Below, piece after piece: positions 19,217 through 31,100 of a stretch of 64,000 bases of DNA. This DNA comes from Thermodesulfobacteriota bacterium (GTDB lineage Bacteria; Desulfobacterota; Desulfobulbia; Desulfobulbales; SURF-16), in contig JBDLIE010000001.1 in the NCBI GenBank assembly GCA_039715015.1, positions 32,001 through 96,000 of the forward strand, read 5' to 3'. A model generated the notes under the pieces. That model saw only the letters and a list, made by a program, of their open reading frames with translations. It had not been told where the DNA came from and ran no database searches. The stretch's first letter is position 1; each line of letters starts with the position of its first letter. The translations under genes were made by a program, and so were the position numbers.

Positions 19217-19974
19217 AAGTATAGAATCCATTGCAAACGGTACTTGTGTTTATGTTTTTTGTTGGCGCTTGAACCTTAAAATCATTTCATCGCTTTTTTT
19301 ATTTTTCCCTTCTCTTGGATGTTGACTCAAAGAAGTCTTATGGTTGCTTGGTGAAATCTAACTTGACAACAAATGGAGCAGTCCGTAAAAAGCCTGTGTT
19401 TGCAGGTGTTGGCGCGATTGTGACGGGGCTTGAAATGCGCCCAGTTTGATCTGTTTCTTGTAAATGATTGAGGCAAAATGATTTGTTCTAGGATTAAATA
19501 ATTGACAGTTGTAAACAAATGTTGCTAATAGTTGTGAGGAAACAATTCAAGATTGATCAAAGTGGCGCCAAGTTCGCCAAACGAAGGCGCAGTCAGCGTC
19601 CGCCAATGTGAAAGGTCAGGTTCGGGGTGACCGATTGGTTTGCTGGCAAGAGGCGTCTGTTAAGCATGGTTAACAACTTGTTGCTTTGTAGCGTTTGTGT
19701 ACTGTCAAAAGGGATCATCTTCAGGGTGGCTTGAGGTGTCTCAAGTTTGTCTTGGAGAGTTCTGGCTGAAAGAGGCGGCGATGGTCAGACAGACCCGGCA
19801 AGCATTTTTGAGTAAAGACGATTTGCACTGAAGAGCACATAAGGTCAGGCGAATTTTCATGTGCGAATATGCGAATACGCAAAGAGTAGTAAGAAAATAG
19901 AATTTGAAAAAGTTTCCGGTTGTTTTCAGAGAGCACTGTGTTGATTTCTGCGATAAGCGTGCCTAGGTGGGTTT

Positions 19975-22900
19975 ATGAATAATGACTGTTTTGATCTGAC
20001 AAAAGAGCAAGAGGGCCTGTGGTTTGAATATAAACTGCGACCACAGGATACTTCATATAATGCTTACGTGATAACAAAGATAGAAGGCTTATTGGACCTG
20101 GAAAGGTTTCTTGAGGCAGAGTATGAATCTATAAATCACTTGTATACCCCGAGAACAAAATTACAAGAAAATGATAAAGGACATGTACAGCAGTATATTC
20201 TGCCAAAGGTGGAACAAAGGGCCTTGTACTTTGATCTGAGTGAATCAACATCTGAAGAAAGTTCGGATGCTCAGGCTAAAAAAATCATAAAAGAGATTGC
20301 TGATAAACCATTTGATCTTGAAAATGATAGGCTGCTAAGAACGGTCTTGGTCTGTGTGTCAGAAAAAAAGTTTTATTATATGACATGTCAGCACCATATT
20401 ATTTGTGATTCTTGGTCAGCTGGTATCTATCATAATGTTTTAGCGTATATTTATAATAATGGAACTGATGGCGTTCATTCCGTCTATCCTCAGAAGACTG
20501 TGAAGGAGTATTCGCAGGCGAGAGCTGAAATTGATGGCGGTGAAAGGGCTAAGGTAGACGCTGAAAAGTACTGGAGTGGCAGGCTGGATGGTGCGAAATT
20601 ACATTTTGATTTAGGTGTAAACTATGACCATCTTTTAAGTATCATGCGAAAGGAATTAAAATTTGTTTTAGGAGAAAAAATTAATGAGCAGCTGAAAGTT
20701 CTTGCACGTAAAAATAGAACAACACTGTTTTTAGTGCTGATGGCTATGATTAATGTTTTGCTCCATAGATATTGGTCAAAAAAAGATATCTGCATTGGGT
20801 ATGACGTTAACAGTAGGCCAAAGGGATTTAAAGAAGTTGCTGGCTACTTTATCAAAGTATTCCCCATGCGGATACTTGTTGAAGATGATGATACCTTTAC
20901 TAGTTTGGTCAAGAAAATAACTGAGGAGAGAAAGTCTGACTCAAAATATCAAAATATCTCCTTTCCTGAAATTGTAGAAAGCTATCGCAAAAAAGAGAAA
21001 TCAACAGGACATAATCTCAATATATTTTTGGGTCAGACTTCTTTTGAGCTAGATGGGATGAACTTGAATGAATTAGACTGTCAAACCGTAGACGTGTTTG
21101 CCGGTAGTATGAATTTGGATTTAGAGTTTACCTATGATCCAATATTAAATGAACTCCCATTTCTCTTGAGATATAACGGGAATAAGTTCTCTGATGATTT
21201 TATGTCCTGTTTAATCAAGAACTTTCAAGTATTAATTAACAGTGTCATTGATTGTCCTGATGCAAAACTTGCAAACCTTGATCTCATTGATTCAGAAGAG
21301 AAAAAAATACTTTTGGATGACTGGAATAACAATTCTGTTTATTCCCCTAGCGGTATCTCAGTTAATAAACTTTTTGAAGATCAAGTTGGTAAATCTCCCG
21401 ATAAGGTCGCGGTCATCTGTGGTGATGATGAAATTACATATGACGAGTTGAATAAAAGGTCGAATCGATTGGCGCGATATTTGTTGAGCCTGGGGGGGGG
21501 GCACACTGGTTTGGTGGGTGTCTATCTGTCGCGCTCAGTGGATATGGTAGTAGCACTCTTGGCAGTAATGAAAAGTGGAGCTGCATTTGTCCCATTAGAT
21601 CCGATATATCCACAGGATAGATTGAAGTTTGTGATCGAAAATAGTGCCCCTGAGCTGATTTTGACAGAGAGCAGTCTTGCGAAATCATTACCAGAAATTG
21701 GGCCTAATGTTGTTGTGCTGGATAATATTGCAGAAGATGCATTGTCTGGTGCCAGCTCTATAGATCTCCTTCCCGTTGCTCCTAGCGACAGGATGTATGT
21801 GATCTACACCTCCGGTTCAACCGGAGTTCCTAAAGGTGTGCAAATAAGCCATCGTAATGTTGTTAATTTCTTAAAATCCATGGAGAAGAGACCCGGGTTC
21901 ACTGGAGAAGATTCTCTTCTTGCTGTGACCACCATATCCTTTGATATTTCTGTCTTGGAGTTGTTTCTGCCCCTCATTGCCGGGGGGAGGGTGGTTGTCC
22001 TGTCGAGCGTAGATTCTATAAATGCTGAGTCAATCCAGTCAGCAATTAGTTGCCATAATATCACAGTCATGCAGGCCACTCCCTCCACGTGGCAGATGTT
22101 GGAAAATATCGGCTGGCAGGGTGATAAAGGTTTGAAGGTGTTGTGCGGGGGGGAGCCACTTCCATCGCTGTTGGCTTCTCGTTTGCTCGGGAAGGTCGGT
22201 TCGTTGTGGAATATGTATGGTCCAACGGAGACAACTATTTGGTCTACTCTGTCAGAGGTAAATGATCCTGAGCAAATATCTATTGGTAAGCCCATCGATA
22301 ACACAGAGATATATGTCCTCGACAGTAATTTGTCTTTATGTCCTGTTGGGGTGCCTGGATCCCTATACATTGGCGGTCAGGGGGTGTCTGAAGGGTATTT
22401 TAATCGTGATGAGCTAACAAGCGAGAGGTTTGTTGTTAATCCCTTCCTGGATGATCTTGGAGATATTATCTATAATACTGGCGATTTATGTCGTTATTTG
22501 CCGGATGGTAATATCGTCCATTTGGGGAGGATTGATAATCAAATAAAGCTTAGGGGGTACCGGATTGAGCTCGGCGAGATTGAGGCCGTGCTCTGTCAAC
22601 ATGAAGATGTGGAGCAAGCAGTCGTTGTTGTGTCTGGCGATACTCTCAGTGGCAGATATCTAGTCGCATACATTGTCCTTAGTCAAGATGGCCAAGGTGG
22701 TTTTCAACTTGACAGGTTGAAGGAGTTTGTTAGGGGGCGATTGCCGGAGTATATGATTCCTTTGGCATTTGTAGAATTGTTGGACTTGCCTTTGTTGCCA
22801 AACGGCAAGGTCGATAACAAAGCGTTGCCTGAACCGGACAACAAGACCGTTGCTGCTGAGACAAGCTACGTGCCACCCAAAAATGAAAATGAGAAAGTCA

Positions 22901-23199
22901 TATCCCAGATTTGGTCAGAAGTCCTCGGTAGAGATAAGATCGGCATGCATGATAATTTTTTCGACATGGGTGGGAACTCAATACTGTTAACGAAAATTTA
23001 TAGCAGGTTGCGGGGTGTATTGGATAGTCAGTTTGATCTTATTGATATGTTTAAGTATCCAACCGTTTATTCCTTTTTAAATAGTTTGAATGGTGCCGAG
23101 GCTGTTGTTCCTCTGCCAAGAAAGATGAGTGTTGGTGGCCGTAAGGCACGAATGTCTTCTATGAATCAAAAGCGTCGATCTAGAAAAAAATCCCATTAA
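19975..23199 (+). CDS. NRPS, C-A-PCP; A domain predicted to activate glycine
   Basis: C motif HHIICDSWS; A motifs YTSGSTGVPKG, NMYGPTE, YNTGDL, LPNGKVD; pocket residues read DILQLGMIWK (Gly-type); PCP GGNS. Confidence 0.92.
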   Translation: MNNDCFDLTKEQEGLWFEYKLRPQDTSYNAYVITKIEGLLDLERFLEAEYESINHLYTPRTKLQENDKGHVQQYILPKVEQRALYFDLSESTSEESSDAQAKKIIKEIADKPFDLENDRLLRTVLVCVSEKKFYYMTCQHHIICDSWSAGIYHNVLAYIYNNGTDGVHSVYPQKTVKEYSQARAEIDGGERAKVDAEKYWSGRLDGAKLHFDLGVNYDHLLSIMRKELKFVLGEKINEQLKVLARKNRTTLFLVLMAMINVLLHRYWSKKDICIGYDVNSRPKGFKEVAGYFIKVFPMRILVEDDDTFTSLVKKITEERKSDSKYQNISFPEIVESYRKKEKSTGHNLNIFLGQTSFELDGMNLNELDCQTVDVFAGSMNLDLEFTYDPILNELPFLLRYNGNKFSDDFMSCLIKNFQVLINSVIDCPDAKLANLDLIDSEEKKILLDDWNNNSVYSPSGISVNKLFEDQVGKSPDKVAVICGDDEITYDELNKRSNRLARYLLSLGGGHTGLVGVYLSRSVDMVVALLAVMKSGAAFVPLDPIYPQDRLKFVIENSAPELILTESSLAKSLPEIGPNVVVLDNIAEDALSGASSIDLLPVAPSDRMYVIYTSGSTGVPKGVQISHRNVVNFLKSMEKRPGFTGEDSLLAVTTISFDISVLELFLPLIAGGRVVVLSSVDSINAESIQSAISCHNITVMQATPSTWQMLENIGWQGDKGLKVLCGGEPLPSLLASRLLGKVGSLWNMYGPTETTIWSTLSEVNDPEQISIGKPIDNTEIYVLDSNLSLCPVGVPGSLYIGGQGVSEGYFNRDELTSERFVVNPFLDDLGDIIYNTGDLCRYLPDGNIVHLGRIDNQIKLRGYRIELGEIEAVLCQHEDVEQAVVVVSGDTLSGRYLVAYIVLSQDGQGGFQLDRLKEFVRGRLPEYMIPLAFVELLDLPLLPNGKVDNKALPEPDNKTVAAETSYVPPKNENEKVISQIWSEVLGRDKIGMHDNFFDMGGNSILLTKIYSRLRGVLDSQFDLIDMFKYPTVYSFLNSLNGAEAVVPLPRKMSVGGRKARMSSMNQKRRSRKKSH

Positions 23200-23262
23200 T
23201 TGTCTTCATTAGTAATTTTTGCCAATCAGTCAGTCTGTCCACTGTGGTTATAGGTATTGTAT

Positions 23263-26200
23263 ATGGAAGTAGAAGAAAATTCTAAAGAAGGGCATGTCGC
23301 AATAGTTGGCATGTCTTGTCGTTTTCCTGGTGCCTCTGATCTTGAATCTTTCTGGCAAAACTTGAAAAATGGCAAAGAGTCTATCGTGTCTTTTTCAGAT
23401 GACGAGCTAGAGGCAGCTGGGGTGCCTCCAGAGCTCATAGGTGATCCAGCGTATATTAAGGTCGGCTCAATATTGGATGATGTTGAAAAGTTTGATGCCG
23501 ATTTTTTTAATTTTAGCCCTAGAGAGGCAGAGATTCTAGATCCGCAGCAGCGAATATTTCTAGAATGCTCTTGGGAGGCCCTTGAAAATGCAGGTTGTTG
23601 CAGTGATTATTACGATGGGGTGATCAGTGTCTTTGCCGGTCAGGGAATTAATACCTATATGCTTGGTAACCTATCGAATTTAGATAGAACCACTAATGAT
23701 AAATTCGATTTTTTCACGGCAAATGATAAGGATTTTCTGGCAACACGCGTTTCCTATAAGTTGAACTTAAAGGGACCCAGTCTGACAGTGCAATCGGCGT
23801 GCTCTACTTCCATGGTAGCCGTTCATTTAGCATGCCAAAGTTTGCAAATTGGTGAAAGCGATATGGCGTTAGCTGGTGGGGTGTCTGTCCGAGTTCCGCA
23901 GGTTGAAGGGTATCTTCATACTGGCGGCTATCCGCTGTCTGCAGACGGTCATTGTTGTACGTTTGATGAGAGTGCAAATGGTACGGTCTTTGGTAATGGT
24001 GCCGGTGTTATCGTCTTAAAACGTCTTGAAGATGCAATTGAGGAAAACGATCATGTCTATGCCGTTGTGCGGTCCATTGCGATTAATAACGACGGGTCGT
24101 CTAAAATTGGTTTTACCGCCCCCAGTGTTCAAGGTCAGGCTTCCGTCATTATTGAAGCCCATGAGTTGGCAGAGGTTAATCCTGGGTCAATAACGTATGT
24201 GGAGGCTCACGGCACAGGTACTGAGATGGGTGATCCCATAGAGGTCTCAGCCCTCACAGAGGCCTTTCGGGCAAATACATCTGGAAAAGGCTTTTGTGCC
24301 ATTGGCTCACTGAAGACCAATGTGGGACATATGGATACTGCGGCCGGGGTGGGTGCAATAATCAAAACTGCCCTGTCCTTGCAAAACAAGATGATCCCGC
24401 CAAGTTTAAATTTTAAAAAACCTAACCCCAATATTGATTTTGAAAACAGCCCGTTTTATGTTAATGCCGAGCTACAGGACTGGAAGGTTCCAGGCGGCAT
24501 GCCTCGGAGAGCCGGTGTAAGTGCTTTTGGGATAGGGGGGACCAACTCACACCTCATCTTGGAGGAATCTCCTCCTGCTGGTTCTTCAGGGAAGAGTCGG
24601 CCATGGCAGATAGTTACCCTGTCGGCGCGTAGCGAAGCGGCTCTGGATAAAATGACCTCAAATCTGGCTTCATTTCTTGAGGGTAATGGTGCCATCAATC
24701 TTTCAGACATTGCATATACCTTAAATACAGGCAGGAAAACATTTAACTATAAACGAGTGTGTGTTGTTGATGATGTTGATAATGCCATTACGAGTTTGGA
24801 AACCCTTGATCGAAAGAGTGTTTTTACTACGTATAGCGACTCAAGTAATTCAAGAATAGTTTTTATGTTCCCCGGCCAAGATTCAATATATCTGAATATG
24901 GGGTCTGATCTATATGCCAATGAGCCGGTGTTTAAGTATCATGTCGATTATTGTGCTGACAAGTTAATGGCTCATCTCGGTGTTGATATTCGCGATATCC
25001 TCTTTTGCTCCGATAGTTCTCTTGATGACGAAGATGGTGGCAGGTTTGGCAATATTCGCTTTATGCAGCCAATTGTATTTGTTTTTGAATATGCCTTGGC
25101 AAGGTTGTGGATGGCGTGTGGTGTTAAACCTGATGCTATGGTTGGTCATAGCATAGGGGAATATGTTGCGGCATGTTTGTCTGAAGTTATGTCCCTTGAT
25201 GATGCCCTGGATATAGTGGCGTATAGGGGAGATTTGCTAGAAAAACTCCCTGATGGCAAAAATATAGCAGTTTCTCTTTCAGAGAAGGACACCCAAAAAT
25301 ATCTAACAGAAAAACTGTCAATAGCAGTTATTACAACATCATCTCTCTGTGTGGTTTCTGGCCGAGATGATGACGTCAACGCACTGGAGCAAAGGTTGCA
25401 AGGGGATGGTGTTGACTATAAGTCGTTAAACATTCCCAAGGCCGCCCATTCCATATTGATGGAGCCCATTATTGAGCCTCTTCGCGACAAATTTAAGAAT
25501 ATTGAGTTGAATCCCCCTAAGGTACCCTTTGTTTCATGCATAACAGGTGAATGGATACAACCTGAACAGGCAGTTGATCCTAATTATTGGGCTATGCACG
25601 TGAGGAACACGGTGCGTTTTGCTGACGCCATAAGGACAATAGCGGACCAGGAAGAGCAAATTTTTGTTGAGGTCGGTCCTGGCAGGGCGTTGAGCTCCTT
25701 GGTCAAATTGCATGTAGGGCGAAGATCTAAACACGTCGTCCTCACCTCAAGCCGTAACCCCCAGAGCGATGAATGTGACGACGAGTTTTTTTTGAAGAAT
25801 CTCGGTAAGGTTTGGCTGACCGGCATCAGTGTTGACTGGCGGCAGTATTATGAGGATGAAAAACGTCACCGTATCCCATTGCCAACCTATCCCTTTGAGC
25901 GCAAGCGTTTTTGGGTAGAGTCTTCTGGTTATTCTCCTGCCCCTAAATCCAAAGAAAAAAAAGCGAGTGTCGATGAATGTCTGTTTGCGCCCTCGTGGAA
26001 AAGATCTGGTCCCCTTACGCTACGAACTGACTTTGAAGGGGATGAGGGGTGGTTGGTGTTTAGTGATGGTGCTGGTTTATCTCGGCAGGTATCTGAGCGG
26101 TTGTTGGCTGGTAAGCATCATGTGATGGATGTGCGACAGGGGATTGGGTTGGCTGAAGAGCCCGTTAATGATGCATATCACTGCGATAGCAGGGATGAAG

Positions 26201-27924
26201 AAGCTTGTTGCTCGTTAATACGTGCGATTGGTGAATCGGGTAAGAAAATTGACAAGGTCCTGTTCTTCTTGAGTCCCTCAATGGGTGATGGAGGGCTGGC
26301 TGCATTATCTGGAGACAATATTAATCACTACCTTGAGCACTCTTTTTTTAGTTTACTAAATATTGTTCGCGCCCTTGAGATTTATCAAGAGAACGAAGTT
26401 CAGGTCAATGTGGTGTCACGGTGTGCATCTGTTGTTACGGGTGATGAGGATGTGGATCCATTTCATGCGGTTGTGGCATCCATGGTCAGAGTTGTTCATA
26501 ACGAATCCTTGAAAATTAAATGCCGAAATATTGACTTTAACATTGATCAAGGCCGTACTTTCTTCAGTGATCGTGAGTTGGAGCAGTTACTGCGCGAGCT
26601 GCCCTGTGAAATTGATGCACGATTGGTCGCATATCGAGGGCAATATAGGTGGACGCAGTGTTTTGAGAAGCTGACACCTCTTGGAGATGATCTGGGTACA
26701 ACTTCTGTCAAAGATGGCGGAGTGTATCTGATTACCGGAGGGTTGGCTGGGATTGGCTATATTCTCGCAAAACATGTTGCGAAGCAAGGTCGTGTGACTC
26801 TGGTTCTTGCTGAGGAGGCATGTTTGCCAAACCAGGAGGAATGGCAAGGATGGATTGACAGCCATGGAGATGACCATAAGACAAGCGTGAAAATTAAAAG
26901 AATCATAGAGCTCCAGAATCAGGGCAGTCATATTGTTGTGCATCCGGTTGATATATCAAGTTTTAAGGAAATGACAGAGGTGGTAACTCAAATAAAAGAT
27001 GAATTCGGTGCTGTGGATGGAGTTATCCATGCTGCGGGTAAACCATGTTTGTCAGGCTTTATCGGCCAGACACGAGAGGTTGCCGACAACATTTTTAATG
27101 ACAAGATCAAGGGAGCAATTGTTTTGGGGAAAGCCATTGATGGTGAATCTCTTGATTTCTTCATTCTATGTTCATCCATTTCTTCTGTGGATGGATCCAT
27201 AGGTAAAATTGTAAATAGCTCAGCTGATGCCTTTCTGGATTCCTTTGCTCATATGGGACTCTTGGGGGCTGAAAATGTCACGACGAGTGTTAACTTCGAT
27301 ACGGTTGAAGGCTGCATGCATGAGTATCAAAGCCTAAATGGATTATCTGGTGATGCAGATGCTGGAGAGTCTCAAGGGCCTGTTTCCCTAAATAGGTATT
27401 CGGAATACCTTAATCATCATATGGATATGGCTTTGAAGGAAGAAGAGGTTGGAAATATTTTCGACCAGATTGTTGGTGCCTCTTTGCCTCAAATTGTAGT
27501 CTCAACCAGAGATGTAGATCGTCGCAAGGAAGAGAACGGTAATTTTAGTAAAATTACCTCAGGTGCGGTGGAGGCGTTAGGTGACGGAAGTAGGTACGAT
27601 CGACCTCAATTGGATAATTCGTACGAGGCTCCTGAAAGTCCAACAGAGGTGCTTCTTGCCGGGATTTGGGAGGAAGTTCTGGGTATCGATAAGATTGGTG
27701 TGTACGACAGTTTCTTTGATTTGGGAGGGAATTCGTTGTTGGCGACAAGAGTAATATCCAGAATAAGAGAAACATTTGGTGTGACTGTTCCTGTGAAAAG
27801 CTTGTTTAATTATCTCTATATTCGGGATTTGTCCAAATTGATCGTAGATCAAAGGAGCCAGGGTAATGAAGAAGTTTCTGTTAGCTCTGGTATCGTGAAA
27901 CAAAAAAAGAAAATAACTGTATAG
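23263..27924 (+). CDS. Type I cis-AT PKS, KS-AT-KR(probably inactive)-ACP
   Basis: KS VQSACSTS, HGTGT, NVGH and hybrid-KS NDKD; AT GHSIG and KAAHS; KR TGGLAGIG without catalytic Tyr; ACP GGNS. ATG 23263 preferred over TTG 23257. Confidence 0.92.
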   Translation: MEVEENSKEGHVAIVGMSCRFPGASDLESFWQNLKNGKESIVSFSDDELEAAGVPPELIGDPAYIKVGSILDDVEKFDADFFNFSPREAEILDPQQRIFLECSWEALENAGCCSDYYDGVISVFAGQGINTYMLGNLSNLDRTTNDKFDFFTANDKDFLATRVSYKLNLKGPSLTVQSACSTSMVAVHLACQSLQIGESDMALAGGVSVRVPQVEGYLHTGGYPLSADGHCCTFDESANGTVFGNGAGVIVLKRLEDAIEENDHVYAVVRSIAINNDGSSKIGFTAPSVQGQASVIIEAHELAEVNPGSITYVEAHGTGTEMGDPIEVSALTEAFRANTSGKGFCAIGSLKTNVGHMDTAAGVGAIIKTALSLQNKMIPPSLNFKKPNPNIDFENSPFYVNAELQDWKVPGGMPRRAGVSAFGIGGTNSHLILEESPPAGSSGKSRPWQIVTLSARSEAALDKMTSNLASFLEGNGAINLSDIAYTLNTGRKTFNYKRVCVVDDVDNAITSLETLDRKSVFTTYSDSSNSRIVFMFPGQDSIYLNMGSDLYANEPVFKYHVDYCADKLMAHLGVDIRDILFCSDSSLDDEDGGRFGNIRFMQPIVFVFEYALARLWMACGVKPDAMVGHSIGEYVAACLSEVMSLDDALDIVAYRGDLLEKLPDGKNIAVSLSEKDTQKYLTEKLSIAVITTSSLCVVSGRDDDVNALEQRLQGDGVDYKSLNIPKAAHSILMEPIIEPLRDKFKNIELNPPKVPFVSCITGEWIQPEQAVDPNYWAMHVRNTVRFADAIRTIADQEEQIFVEVGPGRALSSLVKLHVGRRSKHVVLTSSRNPQSDECDDEFFLKNLGKVWLTGISVDWRQYYEDEKRHRIPLPTYPFERKRFWVESSGYSPAPKSKEKKASVDECLFAPSWKRSGPLTLRTDFEGDEGWLVFSDGAGLSRQVSERLLAGKHHVMDVRQGIGLAEEPVNDAYHCDSRDEEACCSLIRAIGESGKKIDKVLFFLSPSMGDGGLAALSGDNINHYLEHSFFSLLNIVRALEIYQENEVQVNVVSRCASVVTGDEDVDPFHAVVASMVRVVHNESLKIKCRNIDFNIDQGRTFFSDRELEQLLRELPCEIDARLVAYRGQYRWTQCFEKLTPLGDDLGTTSVKDGGVYLITGGLAGIGYILAKHVAKQGRVTLVLAEEACLPNQEEWQGWIDSHGDDHKTSVKIKRIIELQNQGSHIVVHPVDISSFKEMTEVVTQIKDEFGAVDGVIHAAGKPCLSGFIGQTREVADNIFNDKIKGAIVLGKAIDGESLDFFILCSSISSVDGSIGKIVNSSADAFLDSFAHMGLLGAENVTTSVNFDTVEGCMHEYQSLNGLSGDADAGESQGPVSLNRYSEYLNHHMDMALKEEEVGNIFDQIVGASLPQIVVSTRDVDRRKEENGNFSKITSGAVEALGDGSRYDRPQLDNSYEAPESPTEVLLAGIWEEVLGIDKIGVYDSFFDLGGNSLLATRVISRIRETFGVTVPVKSLFNYLYIRDLSKLIVDQRSQGNEEVSVSSGIVKQKKKITV

Positions 27925-28156
27925 GAGTGTTTGTATAAATTTCAGGGTGTGTAGTTATGTAAGTTGTCCTGGTAAATTATAATTGGTCTCTTGTTCTTGA
28001 TCAATTTTCTTTGGTTCGCATGTGGTATGTGTATTGATAGTTTAAGTCTGGTGCATATGTAATACATTAAAAAGTGATGGTTGTTTGTCGTTGTTACGTT
28101 AGTAGGTAAGAAGTTCTTGCCTGTTCTGAAATATCAAATCTTATGGAGATGCGGCG

Positions 28157-31100
28157 ATGCAGCAGTTTTTGTCAGGATTATTGAAGAAGGGAGTGGTCGT
28201 ATCATCTGTAAATCAGCAATTAGAGATTGATAGCTTTGGGGCGGAAATTGATGATGCTGATATTGCATTACTGAAAAAATATAAAAAACAAATTGTTGAT
28301 TTCTTAAGTAATAAAAAGGTGTCCATTGCTACCTATAATCAGGAAAGACTCTGGTTCTTGGATCAACTTGATGATGTAGCACGATATAATATCCCCGTTG
28401 CATATAGCATAAATGGAAGCTTTGATCTCTCCGTTTTGGAAAGATCGCTGCAGGCAATAGTAGACCGGCATGAAAGTTTTAGGGTTGGATTCCGAGCAAT
28501 AGATGGATATCCGGTTCAGTTAATTGATCCTTCGCTAACTTTCAGCGTTACGCATCATGATATTTCTTCAAAAAGTAAGGGGCAGCAGAGCCTTTTGTTG
28601 GAGAATATTGCCACGGCTGAGATTCATTCTCCGTTCAACTTGGAAAAACCGCCATTGCTGAGGGTAACGGTGGTCAAGGCGGGGACGGATGAGTATGTCC
28701 TGATTATTAATATGCATCATATCATTTCTGACGGTTGGTCTGTTGGGGTGTTTGTTAATGAGTTGGCTGCCTCGTATAATGCGGCTATTAGCGGCAAGGC
28801 AGTGAATCTGCCGGAATTGCAGCTTCAGGTTTCAGATTATGCATCTTGGGAGAGGCATAATGTGTCTGAGAAAAGCCTGGAAGAGCAATTGAGCTATTGG
28901 GTTGAAAATTTAAAAGGATATTCTGGTGTGTTGGACATGCCCACAGACTATCCGCGACCAGAGCGTCAAAGTGGGCAAGGGAAACGTGCAGTTTTTGATG
29001 TTCCTGGTGAGCTGGTTTCGAAGTTGAAAACTGTGGCTGTAGAAAATTCTGCAAGTATGTATATGGTTGTTTTTTCAGCTATATATGTGGTCCTGAGGCG
29101 GTATAGCCAGCAAAACGATATCTGCATAGGCACACCTGTTGCCAAGCGCGACAAGGTGGAGCTGGAAAATTTGATAGGTTTCTTTTCAAACACCCTTCCC
29201 GTTCGAGTCAATACACCTGATAACTGTACATTCAATAGTCTCCTTGCCTCAGTCAAAGATTCTGTCCTTGATGCCTATGGGAATCAGGAAGTGCCCTTTG
29301 ATCAAATAGTGAACAAGGTCTTGTCTTCAAGGGATTTTAGTCGAAATCCTATTTTTCAAGTAATGATAGCGTACCAAAACATTTCTAGTTCTGATTTTGA
29401 TTTAGTCGCTAATGAAACAGAATCATTGAGTGGTAAAGACTACTATAAATCTGCGAAGTTTGATCTGCTCTTCAATGTAGAAGATGATGGCGACAGCTTG
29501 GAGGTGGCTATTGAATATAGCACCGACCTGTATGCCGCTGATACCGTTAATCTTTACCAGAAAGCATTAATCTCAATACTTGAGGGATTTTGTTCGGACA
29601 TAGGTGTTGAGGTTGACAGGGTGCCTCTGGGGAGTACCTGGGGGCAGAATGAGATTTCGAGCTGTTGGTGTGGTTCAGGTGATGCTGAAGATCACGCACC
29701 TAGCTCTCAAGCATTGGCTGATTTTTTAGATATAAGAGGTGATGGGGCGGCAATTAGTGGTGGTGATGCTGACATTTCATATGCGGAATTAGATCAAAAA
29801 TGTGATGCCGTCTGTTCCGGCTTATTAAGTATGTCTGGTGTTACGGATACTACTGTCGGTATTTATGGAGAGCATGGCGTTGATGAAATAATTGCCATGC
29901 TTGGGGTTTTGAAGTCCGGCCTTTCATATGTGAAACTCAGAAAGGACATGCCCGATGCCCTTTTGCAAAAAATCATTGAGGATTCATCCGTACAAATAAT
30001 TCTGAAATCAGGTCACGATTCTGATGAAGGTCTCTTGGACGCTTTTCCTGGACTCAGCTGTTATATGATAGAAGACCTCTATGCAGGAGACATTTCTGGC
30101 AAGGTTGAGGTTCAGGCTGACACCACGTCCTCGGCCGCCGTGTATTATGGTTTTTCCGACCATGGAGAAGCTCAAGGTGTTCGATATACATATGACAATA
30201 TGTTGGAAATGATCAGTTCATATGATCATGAGATGGCAGTGGGAATGGCGGATGAGATATTTTTGGTTGATATCCATGTCTTATCATGCCTCCAAAATAA
30301 AAAAAAATATGTTATCCCCTCTAAAAATGTTGATTTCTATAAGGATAAATATGGCTCATTGATATATCACAGCCAAGATGTAGTTGAGTCATTTTCTGTT
30401 AAGCAGACTCCCGAGGAACTGCTTGAGTGTGCATCCTCCATGGGGCCGCAGGATGCAGGTGTTGACCTTGCGAATATGCCTGTCGCTTATAGCAATGGTG
30501 GAGAGCAAATAATTCCGCCGGACGCGCCGAAAACACTTATTGAGGCCTTAATCAGTGCCTCTATGAGTGATAACATGCACGGGATTTTGGCCATAGATGA
30601 GCGAGGCAATGAAAAATTCCAGAGTTATTCGAATTTGTTTCTTGAGGCTAAGAAGGTAGCAAGTGGACTGCGCAAGCATGGCATAGCGCCACGAACAGCG
30701 GCTATCTTGCAGGTGGAAAGCTTGGAACAGCATTTCTCTGCCTTTTGGGGATGTGTGCTTTGTGGTGTTATTCCCGTGACCATTGCCATCGCACCTATTT
30801 ATGAGAAGAATCAAACTGTAGTTCAAAAACTCATTAATATTTGGAAGTTGTTGGATAATCCCTGTCTTATTTCCAGCGCCACTAATCGCGATGACATTGT
30901 CAATGTGATACGGGACTCTGAGAGTAAAGAGTGCCAGGTTGTGAAGATAGATGATCTATTAAACAATGAGGAGATAGACGATATTTATCAGGCTAAACCT
31001 GATGATGTTATTTTCTATCAACTGACATCAGGGAGTACTGGTACGCCTAAATGTATCCAGGAGACCCATAGGGCGATTATCAGTCATATCTTGGCTGCTG

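Noticed and set aside
19753..19855. Glycine riboswitch-like words (GGAGAG ... CACTGAAGAGCA ... TCAGGC) upstream of a Gly-activating NRPS
   Set aside because: The CUCUCAGG pairing strand is missing (AAGGTCAGG), spacing is long and no closing stem is evident; an Rfam scan would be needed.
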